A stretch of DNA of 52,999 bases from Octopus bimaculoides (Eukaryota). The stretch covers positions 80,062,091 through 80,115,089 of the forward strand of contig NC_068989.1 in assembly GCF_001194135.2 (NCBI RefSeq), given 5' to 3'. Each line of letters starts with the position of its first letter. The first letter of the stretch is position 1. The notes under the pieces were generated by a model, which ran no database searches, was not told the DNA's origin, and saw nothing but the letters and a program-made list of their open reading frames with translations. The position numbers and the translations under genes were made by a program. Positions 24,383-36,349 of this stretch are shown piece after piece.

Positions 24383-24413
24383 AAGAAGAAGAAGAAGAAG
24401 AAGAAGAAGAAGA
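24353..24413. repeat. (AAG)n microsatellite
   Basis: Direct reading. Confidence 0.95.
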
Positions 24414-24914
24414 ACTAGTAAATGTGGTAAACATATTAACGATGTGTGCTGGTTTTAATGTCGATATTGATAGTAAATTGCGATGGAGGAGGAGGGGGGG
24501 GGGCGTTGACGTTGTTCAGTTATTCAAGTCAATGTGACACTGAAGCACAGAGAAAGTTAATACGAGCAATCATTCATAATATATTCTCGTAGCAGTCACG
24601 ATGTCATTACTGTTAGAACGTATCTCACTCAGAGATTTAAGACAAATATCATGCCGTAGCCATTTTAAACCCAGCAGGAAGTTCGTTGAGTGAGATTCCT
24701 TTTCAATAATGTGTGCAATTACATGAAAAATAGGATTCTTAGTACAGTGAAGTGGAGAAGAAGTAAAGTTTGAGAAAATTTATATCGTGGAAATAGAGTT
24801 ATTATGTTGAAGTTATGAATTACTCTAACATTATGAGGTTAATATTATGGGAGGGAAGATGGAGGAGAATGACTTGTAGTGAGTATAGTATTAGGGGTTT
24901 TAGGTTATGTGGCC

Positions 24915-24958
24915 AAAGATGACGACGATGATGACGACAGTGATGATGATGACGACAG

Positions 24959-25013
<55 letters not shown>

Positions 25014-25045
25014 GATGATGATGATGATGATGATGATGATGAAGA

Positions 25046-25076
<31 letters not shown>

Positions 25077-25132
25077 TGTGGTGGTGGTGATGATGATGAT
25101 GATGAAGATGATGATGATGATGAAGATGATGA

Positions 25133-25166
<34 letters not shown>

Positions 25167-25615
25167 GGTGGTGGTGGTGGTGGTGGTGATGATGATGATG
25201 GTAATGCCGATGATGATGATGATGATGATGATGAAGATGAAGATGATGATGGTGGTGGTGGTGATTGCGGATCTAGTGGTTGTGATGGTGGTTTTTGGTC
25301 GTGGTGGTGGCTGTACTGGTGGTAGTGGTGGTAGTAGTGGTGGCAGGAGTGTGTGACTGACAGTGTTTGCATTTGTGACGGTGGTTGTAGTGGTGGTGAT
25401 GGTTGTCGCATTTGTAGTGGTAGCGGGTAGAATTGGTGGTGTGATGGTGCTTGTATTTGTAGCGGTGGTGGCGGTGATGCCAAGTTCAGTGGCTGTCAGT
25501 TGTGGCGTCGATGGTGTTGATTTGACTAAGAATTGCCATGGTGATTCTAATGTTGTTGTTGTTGTTGGTATCGATACTGATGCTGGAAGTTGTGGTGGCG
25601 GTGGTGGAGGTTAAG
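24915..25615. repeat. Compound trinucleotide array (GAT/GGT/GAA/GTA)
   Basis: Direct reading; source of the poly-D/G/M/S ORFs. Confidence 0.9.
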
Positions 25616-25718
25616 CTGGTGGCTGTTTACGTGGTGCTGGTGAGGACTGTTGTTGTAAGATGGTACAGTAGTCGTATCGATAATGCTGAGTACCTTAACC
25701 ACTAGGCCACGCACCTTC

Positions 25719-25836
<118 letters not shown>

Positions 25837-25875
25837 TACAGATAGATAGACAGATAGATAGATAGATAGATAGAC

Positions 25876-25930
<55 letters not shown>

Positions 25931-25944
25931 CAGATATCATATAT

Positions 25945-26112
25945 ATGCACATACACGGCGGGTTTCTACAGAGTTTCCGTTAACTAAATTTATTGATAAG
26001 GTACCGGCCTGTTTGGCATTATAATAAAGATACTTGGCCGAGGCGACACTCAATGACAATGAACTCAAAACCACGTGGTTGCAAATCGAATTTCTTAACC
26101 TCACGGTCATGC
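25945..26112 (-). mobile_element. Family B SINE 5' half, diverged
   Basis: acggcgggtttct..agtttccgt..aagatacttggccgaggcgacac..gaactcaaaaccacgtggttg..ttcttaacc.cacggtcatgcc. Confidence 0.65.
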
Positions 26113-27035
26113 CATTGAGATTATAACAAATTTGGTGACCGAACAATGCAAGAATAGAAAGATAGATCTGCATTTGAGCTTTACGCAGGGAATATACGAC
26201 AAGGAGTTTAAAAACCCCAATAATGTCTCTTCTTGATCATTTTATATGTTAGTATTAACGTTAATCGTTAAAAGTTCTTTAAAACGTAAATACTGAGGCA
26301 TCTGAATGGTTCTTTGTGTTTATGAATATGTAATTCATAATGCGCCGTTCACACCGCGTTAGTCACATCATAAATATAAATGAACACACACACAAACAGA
26401 TGTAAGGTATTTAATGGTGATTCAGGATCGAGTTCTATTCTTTTCACGTCAATCTAAGTGCCTTCACTACTGGAGCCATGGTTGTTTAACTCTCGTGCAT
26501 ATTCACACAGAGACAAATCTCAAAAAAACATTCCTCTTTCCTACACAAGATTCGTTTTTCCTTTCCCTTAATGGCATGCCAGCTTAGGAGAAATACTTGA
26601 TTCTTGATATTATCTCTACTCCTCTAATGAAACAGGTCTTAATTGCCGTTTGGTAATAATAACATATCCTCTAAAGGTAAATGCAGCTTAATAAAACAAG
26701 TGTTTGATATAACTGTATTGCTATGTTTTTCAATCAAATGCCACCAGCAACTCTGGGCTAACATCTAATTCTGTATTAAATTACGTATACAGTGCATACA
26801 TAAATACGTACGTACGTACATTCAAGTATATATCTTTATATGTATATATCTATGTATGTGATTGTAGGTTTTCATGTGTATGATGTATTTCTAATCAAGA
26901 GACTAGCAGACATATTTCTTCCCCCGTGAGTCGAAATGTTATTAACGAGACAAATAGTATGACGTAAATTTGATAATATTCTATGACTAAATAATGAATT
27001 TAGTTAATCTGAGCCGTGTTGCATTGTTTTATATA

Positions 27036-27074
<39 letters not shown>

Positions 27075-28077
27075 NNNNNNNNNNNNNNNNNNNNNNNNNN
27101 NNNNNNNNNNNNNNNNNNNNNNNNNNNNNNNNNNNNNNNNNNNNNNNNNNNNNNNNNNNNNNNNNNNNNNNNNNNNNNNNNNNNNNNNNNNNNNNNNNNN
27201 NNNNNNNNNNNNNNNNNNNNNNNNNNNNNNNNNNNNNNNNNNNNNNNNNNNNNNNNNNNNNNNNNNNNNNNNNNNNNNNNNNNNNNNNNNNNNNNNNNNN
27301 NNNNNNNNNNNNNNNNNNNNNNNNNNNNNNNNNNNNNNNNNNNNNNNNNNNNNNNNNNNNNNNNNNNNNNNNNNNNNNNNNNNNNNNNNNNNNNNNNNNN
27401 NNNNNNNNNNNNNNNNNNNNNNNNNNNNNNNNNNNNNNNNNNNNNNNNNNNNNNNNNNNNNNNNNNNNNNNNNNNNNNNNNNNNNNNNNNNNNNNNNNNN
27501 NNNNNNNNNNNNNNNNNNNNNNNNNNNNNNNNNNNNNNNNNNNNNNNNNNNNNNNNNNNNNNNNNNNNNNNNNNNNNNNNNNNNNNNNNNNNNNNNNNNN
27601 NNNNNNNNNNNNNNNNNNNNNNNNNNNNNNNNNNNNNNNNNNNNNNNNNNNNNNNNNNNNNNNNNNNNNNNNNNNNNNTATATATATACATGCATATTTA
27701 GGCATATAAACCTATATATATATGCATATATAAGTACATAGTCATACATACGCACATATACACACGTGCATGCATACATAATACATACATACATACATAC
27801 ATACAGCCTTCGAATGTCATATATTCTCTCTCAGACATTTGCTAAACAACTGCAGCAAATTTAATAAATTAACTTCCTGCTGGAAAGTGAAGTGAACAGT
27901 ATCCTATGAGTCTGCAGCAAGTTCCTCAGGGACCACTCTCTTCCTGATGACCTCATGTACAACGTCAAAACAGCGGACTGCCTCAAAGTAGACCTGGCTG
28001 TGAATTGCTCAACATACTAAAGAAGACCATACATGGGTATGTTTCCCGAAAACTTGCAGAAGATGGTAATATTAATT

Positions 28078-28300
28078 TCAAATTTTAAGACAAGACTAGG
28101 ACAATTTTAGGACAAGTTTGGTGGGGAGGAGTGGATATAAGCCAATTTAATCGACCCTTGTACTAAACTCGTACTAATTTCATCTGCCCAGAGAGGATGA
28201 AAACAAAATCGACTTGGGTGGAATTTGAACACAGAACGAAAAGACGGACGAAATGCCAGTAAGCATTTATTCCACCATGCTAACGATTCTACCAGCTCGT
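28078..28300 (-). mobile_element. Family M SINE monomer inserted in the RLE LINE
   Basis: aatcgaccc..gaggatgaaaacaaaatcgact.gggtggaatttgaac..gacggacgaaatgcc..tgctaacgattctaccagctcg. Confidence 0.8.
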
Positions 28301-28491
28301 CAATTCGAAGACAACACTAAGATTGACATGATGCAAAGATTTTCTTGGGGTCAGGACCGCTACATCACACTTCGAAGACTATGCATTTGCAATCCAAGTA
28401 CAGTAGATTGCTACGAAATACCTAATACATAAATAAAAGAGACAGTGAAGTCCCAAGATGCAACCGAAAACGTCGATTATGTTTTATCTTT

Positions 28492-28610
28492 GTGGCACCT
28501 TGAGCAAGTGTCTTCTACTATAGCCTCGGGCCTACCAAAGCCTTGTGAGTGGATTTGGTAGATGGAAACTAAAAGAAGTCCGTCGTATATATGTATATAT
28601 ATATATATAC

Positions 28611-28671
<61 letters not shown>

Positions 28672-28898
28672 CATGTGTGTGTATATGTTTGTGTGTCTAT
28701 GTTTGTCCCCCCAACATCGCTTGACATCCGATGCTGGTGTGTTTACGTCCCCGTAACGTAGCAGTTCGGCAAAAGAGACCGATAGAATAAGTAGTAGGCT
28801 TACAAAGAATAAGTCGTTAGGTCGATTTGCTCGACTAAAGGCGGTGCTCCAGCATGGCCGCAGTCAAATGACTGAAACAAGTAAAAGAGAGTAAAGAG
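28492..28898 (+). mobile_element. Family B SINE (5'-truncated, internal (TA)n(TG)n) inserted in the RLE LINE
   Basis: gtggcaccttgagcaagtgtcttctactatagcctcgggcc..gcggtgctccagcatggccgcagtcaaatgactgaaacaagtaaaaga. Confidence 0.9.
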
Positions 28899-29589
28899 AT
28901 ATGAGTAGCGTTGACCCCAAAACATCATAATGTACGACCTCCCTATGCGACATGACGTTGATGCCAAAGCAATATACAAAGCCACGCGGAAAAAAATCTG
29001 TCCTGGGATAAATATAGAAAATCCCTCTGTTATTGAATACGTTGATAAACACCTACAAAAAGAATACCAGTGAAACATTCCGATCAAAAAACTATCAAGT
29101 GTAAGCATTACCGGCTGGACATTGTTTGGGAAACCAAGAAGTATATACCTTCATAGAGGTCAACTGTCCAGCTGATGTAGTTATCTCTTTCAAAATCAAA
29201 GAGGAAAAGGATAACTATGGACATCTTATTCGAAAACTCCAGCTTCTATATCCAGATCACGAAGTTACATTTATGGCTATATTAATCGGTGCACATGATT
29301 TTGCAGGTAAATGCTTAACTGAAAATCTGGATGAGCTTACGAAAATCCTTGTTATATGTTTACGATTATTGAAATTATCAATATTGGGGGAAAAAAAACC
29401 AAGAAGAAAATGGAGAATAATTGGATGTAATTACTTGCATGTTACAAAAGATGACATTTTTAAAACAAATAACAGTACAAATAAATTGATTAGAAGTTGA
29501 AAGCCCAAAGAAAAATAAATTAAGATTAGAAAAAATTAATTTTTGTTTGAGCTTTCAACTTCTATTCAATTTATTTGTACTGTAAGAGA

Positions 29590-29644
29590 AAAGGAAAGGA
29601 AGAAAGAAAGAAAGAAATAAAGAAAGAAAGAAAGACAGACAGAC

Positions 29645-29691
<47 letters not shown>

Positions 29692-29704
29692 GAGAAAGAA
29701 AGAG

Positions 29705-29771
<67 letters not shown>

Positions 29772-29805
29772 GAAAGAGAAAGTAAGGAAGTAAGAGAAAA
29801 GGAAA

Positions 29806-29855
<50 letters not shown>

Positions 29856-29856
29856 G

Positions 29857-29911
<55 letters not shown>

Positions 29912-29955
29912 GAAACAAAGAGAGAAAGAGCGAAAGAACGAGAGAAAGAAAGAAA
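29590..29955. repeat. (GAAA)n tetranucleotide array
   Basis: Direct reading. Confidence 0.95.
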
Positions 29956-30224
29956 TCGCCAATTGCTTCTTTTCAGTTTCGTTTCATCTCCATGTAAGCA
30001 TAAACCTGAAGCTGAAACTCCAACTGTAAATTCTAAAGAGTAAACCCTAAATTTCAAACTTGCTCTCAAACACTAATATATAATCTGTGATCGTGAAGCC
30101 TAACGCTTTTCGTTTCCTCTTTAGGATCATAACCTCCCATGGTTAAAAAATAATTTTGGAAACAATTTCTAAGAATACTATTGAAAAACTTTTAAATTAC
30201 CTTTTAGCTTTTAAGTTTCATTAG

Positions 30225-30400
30225 TTTACATCAGACTGCAGTCATGCTGGAGCAACGCCTTGAATGGTTAATTCAAACAAATCAACCCCCAGTGCTTACT
30301 TATATTTTGAAGCCAGGTACAAATTCTATCAGTACCTTTTGCCGAACTGCTACGTTATGATAACAAAACAACACTTGTCAAGTGATGATAAGGGACAGAT
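30225..30400 (-). mobile_element. Family B SINE 3' half
   Basis: gactgcagtcatgctggagcaacgcctt..ttctatcagtacctt.tgccgaactgctacgtta..tgtcaagtgatg. Confidence 0.75.
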
Positions 30401-30485
30401 GCACACACACTCATACACACAAAGACACACATGCATGCGCACACTCACACACACATGTTTGAGTATATTATTCAATAAACACACT

Positions 30486-30863
30486 GTGGATGCGCAATGG
30501 CCCAGTGGTTAGGGCAGTGGACTCGCGGTCATAGGATCGCGGTTTCGATTCCCAGACCGGGCGTTGTGAGTGTTTATTGAGCGAAAACACCTAAAAGCTC
30601 CACGAGGCTCCGGCAGGGGATGATGGCGAACCCTGCTGTACTCTTTCACCACAACTTTCTCTCACTCTTACTTCCTGTTTCTGTTGTGCCTGTAATTCAA
30701 AGGGTCAGTCTTGTCACACTGTGTCACGCTGAATCTCCCCGAGAACTTCGTTAAGGGTACACGTGTCTGTGGAGTGCTCAGCCACTTGCACGTTAATTTC
30801 ACGAGCAGGTTGTTCCGTTGATCGGATCAACTGGAACCCTCATCGTCGTAAGCGACGGAGTGC
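30486..30863 (+). mobile_element. tRNA-derived SINE, family C, full length
   Basis: 13-bp TSD CAATAAACACACT at 30473-30485 and 30864-30876. A- and B-box-like head. Confidence 0.92.
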
Positions 30864-31520
30864 CAATAAACACACTATATGTTTTTTTCTGTGCTATTAT
30901 TCGTTTCATGTGCTGATAGTATTTTTAACACGTATGGTGTCTTAGCACAATAACCAGGCACTGCCCACAAGCAAGAATAGGCGAAAAAGCCTTTCCTCAC
31001 TTTTCCTCTCATCCTATCGCCCCATTCTAATTTGTTATACCATGTGTGCAGTGACTCATGATCGTATTAAGACACTAGGTGGGTTAAAAAATATATTTTG
31101 GCATGCTCTCAGCACATGAAACTAATAATAGCGCATAAAAACATATATTGCGTTTATTAAATTATATTTCTCTCACCAGATGGAGTACTTTTCTTGATCT
31201 TGCCATCATGGAACAGTAAAAAAAAAAAAAAAGCGTCACCAGAATTTTAACGAATCAAAAATCAGATCCACTCGCGGAAAAAAAACTATAAATTCATCTG
31301 ATCCTAAAACATACCACTATAAGCGAAAGCGTCTATTAGAAGATCAGAAAAACTGTAAACTGAATTCCCTTTTATCCCTATTTTCATTTCACACTTGTTT
31401 TTTCAGTATGACTTGTCGACCACCACTAAAATTAATGAACTTTGTACATTCAAACAAATTGATATACAGTTTTAATTTTTTTTTATGCTATGAATATTCA
31501 AACTTACACCTGTTTTGAAC

Positions 31521-31616
31521 ATGTTAATTTATCAACATTGAAACATTTTAATTTGTCAACATTAATACATCTTAGTTTGTCAACATGGAAACATCTTAAT
31601 TTGTCAGCCTTGAAAC
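31521..31616. repeat. Minisatellite, 4 x 24 bp (atcttaatttgtcaacattgaaac-like)
   Basis: Units start at 31521, 31545, 31569 and 31593. Confidence 0.85.
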
Positions 31617-31781
31617 TTTTAAAGATGTTTTTTTTCTAATTTTAAACTGTCACCATTGATAAACAAAAAATATTGTTGAAACTAGTTTGGTATATATGTA
31701 AATAAATGTATTTTAGATATTTACGAGCTTTTTTTAAATTTAGGTTCATTTTCAACAACACATTTTCCTATATATATATAT

Positions 31782-31955
31782 ACGACGGACTTCTTCCAGT
31801 TTCCGTCTGCCAAATCCACAAATCCACTCACAACGCATTGGCAGGCCCAAAGCTAAAGCTATAGTAGAAGACACTTGCCCAAGGTCCCAATCAGTGGGAC
31901 TGAACTCAGAACCTTGTGGATGAGAAGCAAACTTCTTACGACATTCACGGCTGTG
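31782..31955 (-). mobile_element. Family B SINE 5' half
   Basis: tacgacggacttctt.cagtttccgtctgccaaatccac..tatagtagaagacacttgcccaagg..cagtgggactgaactc. Confidence 0.85.
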
Positions 31956-32699
31956 TCTCTCTCATGAAAAAAAACAAGAATTTGACTGCTATTTCTAGGA
32001 TATCCATAGACAACATATGGTCCAGTGTTCGCTGGTGTTTGTAGTAACATTGGTAAAGGAAGCAGCGATGTACAGCTGAATTTCATTATAGGTGAGAGCG
32101 TACAAACGAAAGGTAGCTAAGCGAAATGCTTATCTCTAAGTATACATTGATACATCCCTCATTTTGGACTCGTGTTATTTGTGTGAGGTAAAGTATGTCT
32201 ATGTTTATGCTTCTGCTTCTTTTTTTTTTCTTTTTTTTTATCTCTATCGTTGTGTGAGTTTGTACGTATCTTATCCATGTTATTTTCTACATTGATGCTT
32301 CCCGAAACGCAACTCGTTACCCTTTCAAGTTGTATGTTTCGTTTTAATATCACGGGTCAAGAACACTCACATTCAAGCACGTATACATACATACATACAT
32401 ACATACATACATACATACATACATAAATACATACTTATATACATACATGCATACACACATGCAGAGCAAGAGAGACTGCGTATAGAGATAGGTACATACT
32501 ATATCACGAGTGAAGCACATGTAAGCATGTGGTATATCTATTCGTGTATGAAACTGTGTTTCGCCCATGATTATGATACGATCCACCCTCTGCTTCTGTC
32601 TTAGTTTCTGTATCTTTCCCTCTCTCTCTCCATCCCCCCTCTCTTTCTCTCTCTCTCTCTCTCTCTGCGCGCGCGCGTATTCGTGTGTGTACACATATG

Positions 32700-33000
32700 C
32701 ACCAGCGGTGACTGCGTGATTAAGGAGCTCCCTTTCCAACCACGTGTTCTAGGGTCTCACTGCGCTGCATCTCTTGAACAAGTGTCGTCTTATATCTTCG
32801 AGTCAACCAATTCATTGTAAGTGAATCTGTTCGACGGAAACTGGGCGAAAGGCTGTCGCATGTGTGTATGTGTGTGTGTGTGCGTGCATGTCCGGGAGGA
32901 TGAGTTTCCCTGTGTCTTGTTTTTTCTTCTCACCGCCGTCACTTGACCGCTAGCTTTGCTTTGGGTACTTTCCCGTAACTTAGCAGTTCGGCCAAAGGGT
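32700..33000 (+). mobile_element. Family B SINE, diverged
   Basis: ttccaaccacgtg..cactgcg..ttgaacaagtgtc..gacggaaactg, then (TG)n, then cccgtaacttagcagttcggc. Confidence 0.7.
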
Positions 33001-33329
33001 CCTAGAGAATACGGTTTCTTCGCCCAGTGAGCGAAACACGTATTGTGTGTGTGTGATATTTATCTTTTAATCGTTCCAGTCAGTGGACAACGGAAGTATA
33101 TGTATATTCATATATACATATATACATACATACATATATTGTATATATTGATGGAGAAGGCGAGAGAGAGAAGGATATTGAAGAGGTAACTTATGGTAAA
33201 TATGCTATATTTTCTGTACGTTAAAATAGTTCAGACCCATTCTATCCGTCTGTAACATTTACTTAGCCAACGCAATTGCAAGTATATGGTGAGACGCAGT
33301 ATACTTTCTGTGATATTATATCTCACAAA

Positions 33330-33972
33330 GGCGGCGAGCTGGCAGAAACGTTAGCACGCCGGACGAAATGCTTAGCGGCATTTCGTCTGTCTTTACGTTC
33401 TGAGTTCAAATTCCGCCGAGGTCGAGTTTGTCTGTCATCCTTTCGGGGTCTATAAATTAAGTACCAGTTACGCACTGGCGTCTATGTATTCAGCTTAATC
33501 CGTTTGTCTGCCCTTGTTTGTCTCCTCTCTGTGTAGCCCCTTGTGGGCAGTAAAGAATTAAGAATCGTTAGCACGCCGAGCGAAATGCTTAGCGGTATTT
33601 CGTCTGCCGCTAAGTTCTGAGTTCAAATTCCACCGAGGTATACTTTGCCTTTCATCCTTTCGGGGTCGATTAAATAAGTACCAGTTACGCACCGGGGTCG
33701 ATATAATCGACTTAATCCGTTTGTCTGCCGTTGTTTGTCCCCTCTGTGTGTAGCCCTTTGAGGGCAGTAAAGAAATAAGAAACGTTAGCACGCCGGGAGA
33801 AATGCTTAGCGGCATTTCGTCTGTCTTTACGTTCTGAGTTCAAATTCCGCCGAGGTCATGTTTGCTTTTCATTCTTTCTAAACCGATGAAATAAGTATTA
33901 GTTGAGCACTAAGCTCTCTCGCCACAGTAAAATCATTTCAGGCCTTATATCTACATACAGCAGAAAGGAATA
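33330..33972 (+). mobile_element. Family M SINE, head-to-tail trimer (217-bp period)
   Basis: AGAA(A/T)CGTTAGCACGCC at 33344, 33561 and 33778. Units 1-2 end in the same linker as unit 1 of the 6459 dimer. A separate diverged monomer follows at about 33983-34178. Confidence 0.9.
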
Positions 33973-34933
33973 TTGGTAAGACAAGGCTGCCAGCTGATAG
34001 AACTGATAAACGCTAAACAACACATAGCTCTATTTGCATTCTAAGTTCAAGTTCCATCAAGGTCGAATTTGCCTTTTTCTTTTGAGGTCAATGAAATAAG
34101 TACCAGTTGAGCATTGTGTCGGTCTAAACAACTAGACCCTCTCCCCTGAAAATTTTCATGGCTTATTTCTACAGTAGTGAAGTATATAATATCTATGTTA
34201 AACTACCTTTATACAGCCCCATTCCATGGGCGCTTTTGTACATGTGTGAGTGGGCGGTGTGTGCGTGCGCGCGTGCGTGTAGATTGGGAATAAATTTTAT
34301 TTACTTTTAATTGACTTAAATTTCCTTTCTCAATGTGTGTGTGTATTTGGTTGTTAATACCATGTTATAACGGTATTACGGCTTTTATTTCAATGCTGTG
34401 CAATCTGTCCTTCATACATACATACATACATACATACATACATACATACATACATACATACATACATACATACACACATACGCACACACATATTGATACG
34501 TGCTCGGCGATATCTTGGGTTGTATCTTGAAATGTAACGTAAGAATTTGTATATGTTATGTTGATGTGCATACACACACACACACACAAACACACACACA
34601 AACACACACACACACGCACACACACACACACACACACATATTTAGATATACCCACAAATACAGACAGACATTCATACACACATATGTACGTATACAAATG
34701 ATATGAATAGATATATTATGTGTACGTATATGTATATACGTACACACCTTTATATCTCTCTCTCTCTTTCTTTCTCTCCTTTTCTCTTTCACTCTCTNNN
34801 NNNNNNNNNNNNNNNNNNNNNNNNNNNNNNNNNNNNNNNNNNNNNNNNNNNNNNNNNNNNNNNNNNNNNNNNNNNNNNNNNNNNNNNNNNNNNNNNNNNN
34901 NNNNNNNNNNNNNNNNNNNNNNNNNNNNNNNNN

Positions 34934-34974
<41 letters not shown>

Positions 34975-35483
34975 CCTGCATACCGCTGTACACATGTACA
35001 GCGGTAAGTCTCCATAAAGATATATGTGTTTGTCTTTATGTGTGTATGTACGTATCTCCGCGTATATATATGTGCCCATGACGATATAAATATATATCCA
35101 TATACACATAAACATACACATAAACATACACATACACACGTGTCTGTAGATTCTTTTGCTGGGTCAAAAAATACTTTCAGTTATACACACTCACGCAGAG
35201 AATCAACAACAGTAAATAATACAAATGAAAAAAAAATACTTTAATTTGATAAGGCAATTAGTGTTATCAGCTTTGCATAACCAGATTGGCAGCAGCCAAA
35301 GAAAAAAAATGGTATTTTAAGAACGGAACTGGAATCTCACTGACACTAACCTAAGTTTGTAAACTGAACATTTAGTCAAATTGAAGATATACTGTTGGCA
35401 TGGGGTTGTTGTTTTGTTTGCATCTTATATATATGTCTTTTTTTATTGTTATTATTATTTACTATTTTTAGAAGCCCGTACAA

Positions 35484-35880
35484 TGGTGGCGGGGTTTAGG
35501 CGTTGAACTTAATGCTTTGTGGTATTGCTTCTGATTTTTTACGTTCCGGGTTCAAATTCCGCTGAAGTCGACTTAGCTTTAATCTCTTCGAGGTCAATGA
35601 ATTGATGTAAATACATAATCGACGACTGAAGTCTGTGTGATCATTTTGCCCCCGCCTCTCTCCTAAATTACTTGTTATGTGCCATAATTTGAAAGAATTA
35701 GGATTTTTTTTACATCGGCTGGATTTGAACTCGGAACAGAGAATGTCGAAAGAAAGACTGTGACGCATTTTATCGAATTAGACCGCTTTGTGTGTTTCAA
35801 ATTTTAGTACAAGGCCAGCAATTTTAGCTGGGTGGTGCTATTCGATTACAAATGGATGTAAATCGAGGTTAACTTTCCTT
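35484..35880. mobile_element. Cluster of diverged family M SINE pieces (+ monomer 35484-35698; minus fragments 35710-35880)
   Basis: gggttcaaattccgctgaagtcgactt..ttcgaggtcaatgaa; ggatttgaactcggaac; caaattttagtacaaggccagcaatt. Confidence 0.6.
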
Positions 35881-36030
35881 ATTTCCAGTACATCGAGGAG
35901 GGACCACTTAGAGGCTCTCTTTGTTACCAATGATCCTGTTGTTGAAGTTGATGTTTCTGATGTTTACCCCCAGCTCGTCACTTCTCACCAAACACACCTA
36001 TGGTTAAATACGTCTTAACACGAACGGCGT

Positions 36031-36349
36031 GAAGACGCGTGGCTTAGTAAGTAGGGGTATTTGGATCGTGATTGTAAGGTTGTAAGTTCAATTCCCGGAA
36101 GCATGTTGTGTCATTGAGCAAAACACTTTCTTTCACGTTGCTTTAGTCCACTCAATTCGGAAAAGTGAGTAGTACTTGTATTTCAAAAAGCCAGCAGTGC
36201 CAAATTCTGTGGTACGCTACATCTCACTGAGAACTATGTTAAGGGTCGCGCATCCGTCAAGTGCTCAGTCACTTACACGTTAATTTCACGAGCTGGCTCT
36301 TCCGTCAATCAGGTCAGCTGGAACCCTCGTCGTCGTAACCGACGGAGTA
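36031..36349 (+). mobile_element. Chimeric SINE: family D-type head/core plus family C 3' body
   Basis: gtgtcattgagcaaaacactt..tttcacgttgctttagtccactca (as at 46633), then gagaactatgttaagggt..gtgctcag.cactt.cacgttaatttcacgagc..ctggaaccctcgtcgtcgtaaccgacggagt (as at 22760-22890). Confidence 0.75.

Larger units (their letters stand above)
27830..29390 (+). pseudogene. Degraded RLE-type non-LTR retrotransposon (third family, R4/NeSL-like), split by two SINE insertions
   Basis: Collinear peptides: RHLLNN, LESEVNSIL*VCSKFL, KKTIHGYVSRKLAEDGNI | SWGQDRYIT/SHFEDYAFAIQVQ*IATKYLIHK | LPMRHDVDAKAIYKA..EYQ*NIPIK/KCKHYRLDIV/FIEVNCPADVVISFKIKEEKDNYGHLIRKLQLLYPDHEVTFMAILIGA. Confidence 0.8.

Noticed and set aside
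23001-25614. 190-270 aa poly-Y/T/V/S/M ORFs (also 29555-30069, 42581-43730)
   Set aside because: Translations of tri- and tetranucleotide repeats, open in several frames on both strands.
31048-31400. CAGTG-starting Tc1-like terminus and transposon-like internal motifs
   Set aside because: No matching opposite TIR or coding remnant found.
33330-33972. CRISPR-like regularly spaced repeats
   Set aside because: Whole 217-bp units are repeated, with no unique spacers or cas genes; the context is eukaryotic SINE DNA.
35905-36010. Minus peptide ELGVNIRNINFNNR, like an RTE RT segment before FADD
   Set aside because: Single weak motif; the catalytic motif is absent.
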